The notes beneath the pieces were generated by a model, which had not been told where the DNA came from, did not search any database, and saw nothing but the letters and a program-made list of their open reading frames with translations. The position numbers and the translations under genes were made by a program. Of a stretch of DNA of 64,000 nucleotides, positions 62,778-64,000 are shown in pieces. Positions within the stretch are counted from its first letter, which is position 1; every line of letters starts with the position of its first letter. The stretch lies in contig NC_043020.1 of the NCBI RefSeq assembly GCF_006345805.1, positions 23,064,001 to 23,128,000 of the forward strand, given 5' to 3'. This DNA is from Octopus sinensis (lineage: Eukaryota).

Positions 62778-63122
62778 TTAAAGGAGCACCACCTTTAGTC
62801 GAGCAAATCGACCCCAGGACTGTTCTTTGTAAGCCCAGTACTTATTCTATCGGTCTCTTTTGCCGAACCGCTAAGTATGTAGACACACCAGCATCGGTTG
62901 TCAAGCGATGTTGGGGGGACAAACGCAGACACACAAACATACATATATACATATACATATATACGACAGGCTTCTTTCAGCTTCCGTCTACCAAATCCAC
63001 TCACAAGGCTTTGGTCGGCCCGAGGCTATAACAGAAGACACCTGCCCAAGGTGCCACGCAGTGGGACTGAACCTGGAACCATGTAGTTCGTAAGTAAGCT
63101 ACTTACCACACAGCCACTCCTA
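62778..63122 (-). mobile_element. SINE-B, near full length
   Basis: Standard blocks. Confidence 0.88.
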
Positions 63123-63190
63123 CATAAACAGCCAGAAGACATGCCGCTAAGCATTCCTGTCAGGCGTGCTAACGAATCTGACAGCTCACC

Positions 63191-63292
63191 ATGATGATGA
63201 TGATGATGATGATGATGAATATGATGAATATGATGATGATGATGATGATGATGATTTGGATCACGTCGACGACGACAATAATAATAATAATG

Positions 63293-63352
<60 letters not shown>

Positions 63353-63385
63353 TAATAATAATAATAATGATAATAATAATATAGT
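63191..63385. repeat. (GAT)n(AAT)n microsatellite
   Basis: Direct inspection; gives poly-D/N ORF. Confidence 0.97.
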
Positions 63386-64000
63386 TTTTAATATAATTCA
63401 AAAGCGTACGGTTTTTATACATTCTTCTCTCCAAATATTTTCACAGCAAAACGATATTTTCTTTTAATTTCCAAAATAGTTGCCCGAAGAGTTTATCCAA
63501 ATTCTGTGATTGCTTAGTTTCCATCAAGTTGGAAATTGAACAAATTCTTAGTAGATTATGATTGTACTTCATTAGCGTTGTATGTCTGAACACAAGACGT
63601 AGTTAATTACTGGTGGAATATAACTGTGGTAGCATAACGAACGAAGTTAATAAAAAAAAATTATGTAAACGAGGTGTGTGTGGGTTGTGTGTGTGCGTTG
63701 TTGTTGTTGCTGGTGTTTCGGCGTGTGACTTCACAAGTGTACACACACACATGTGTGTGTGTGTGTATGCGTGGGTGTTTGTGATTGTGTGCATATGTAT
63801 ACATGTACTCACATGCACCCACACACATTCGCAAATATATGTATATAGAAAACAGAGAGAGAGAGAGAAAGATATGTGCCAGTACTTATGTATATTAGTT
63901 TAAATGTAAATCTATTTATCTCTCTCTCTCTCTTTCTATCTATCCATCTCAGTATATACTTATACACGCAGACACATATATATACACACATGCATATATA

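Overview
AT-rich, microsatellite-dense animal DNA made almost entirely of transposable elements. The repeat complement is most consistent with an octopus or other coleoid cephalopod (inference only). I recognise no host gene, intact tRNA/rRNA or CRISPR array; most short ORFs in the track are translations of microsatellites or antisense frames of LINEs. Main contents: (1) two full-length L1/Tx1-clade LINEs on the minus strand (16900-22735, nearly intact, inside an (AAT)n microsatellite; 43703-49052, more decayed, with a perfect 16-bp TSD) plus two relics of the same lineage; (2) dozens of tRNA-derived SINE copies in four families that I label A-D; (3) RTE LINE fragments; (4) Penelope-like element (PLE) fragments carrying about a dozen minimal hammerhead-ribozyme motifs; (5) Tc1, mariner, Helitron/Helentron and other DNA-transposon relics. 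Best candidate for an undescribed system: the second Tx1 LINE is inserted between the A and B boxes of a SINE-A head, and SINE-A copies whose last 34 nt match that LINE's 3' end (31/34) are joined to downstream SINE-A sequence at the same nucleotide in seven arrays. This suggests a SINE-targeting LINE with a partner SINE that homes into its own family, borrows the host A box and converts old-tail copies into LINE-tail copies. All alignments and translations were done by eye and boundaries are approximate unless stated as exact.
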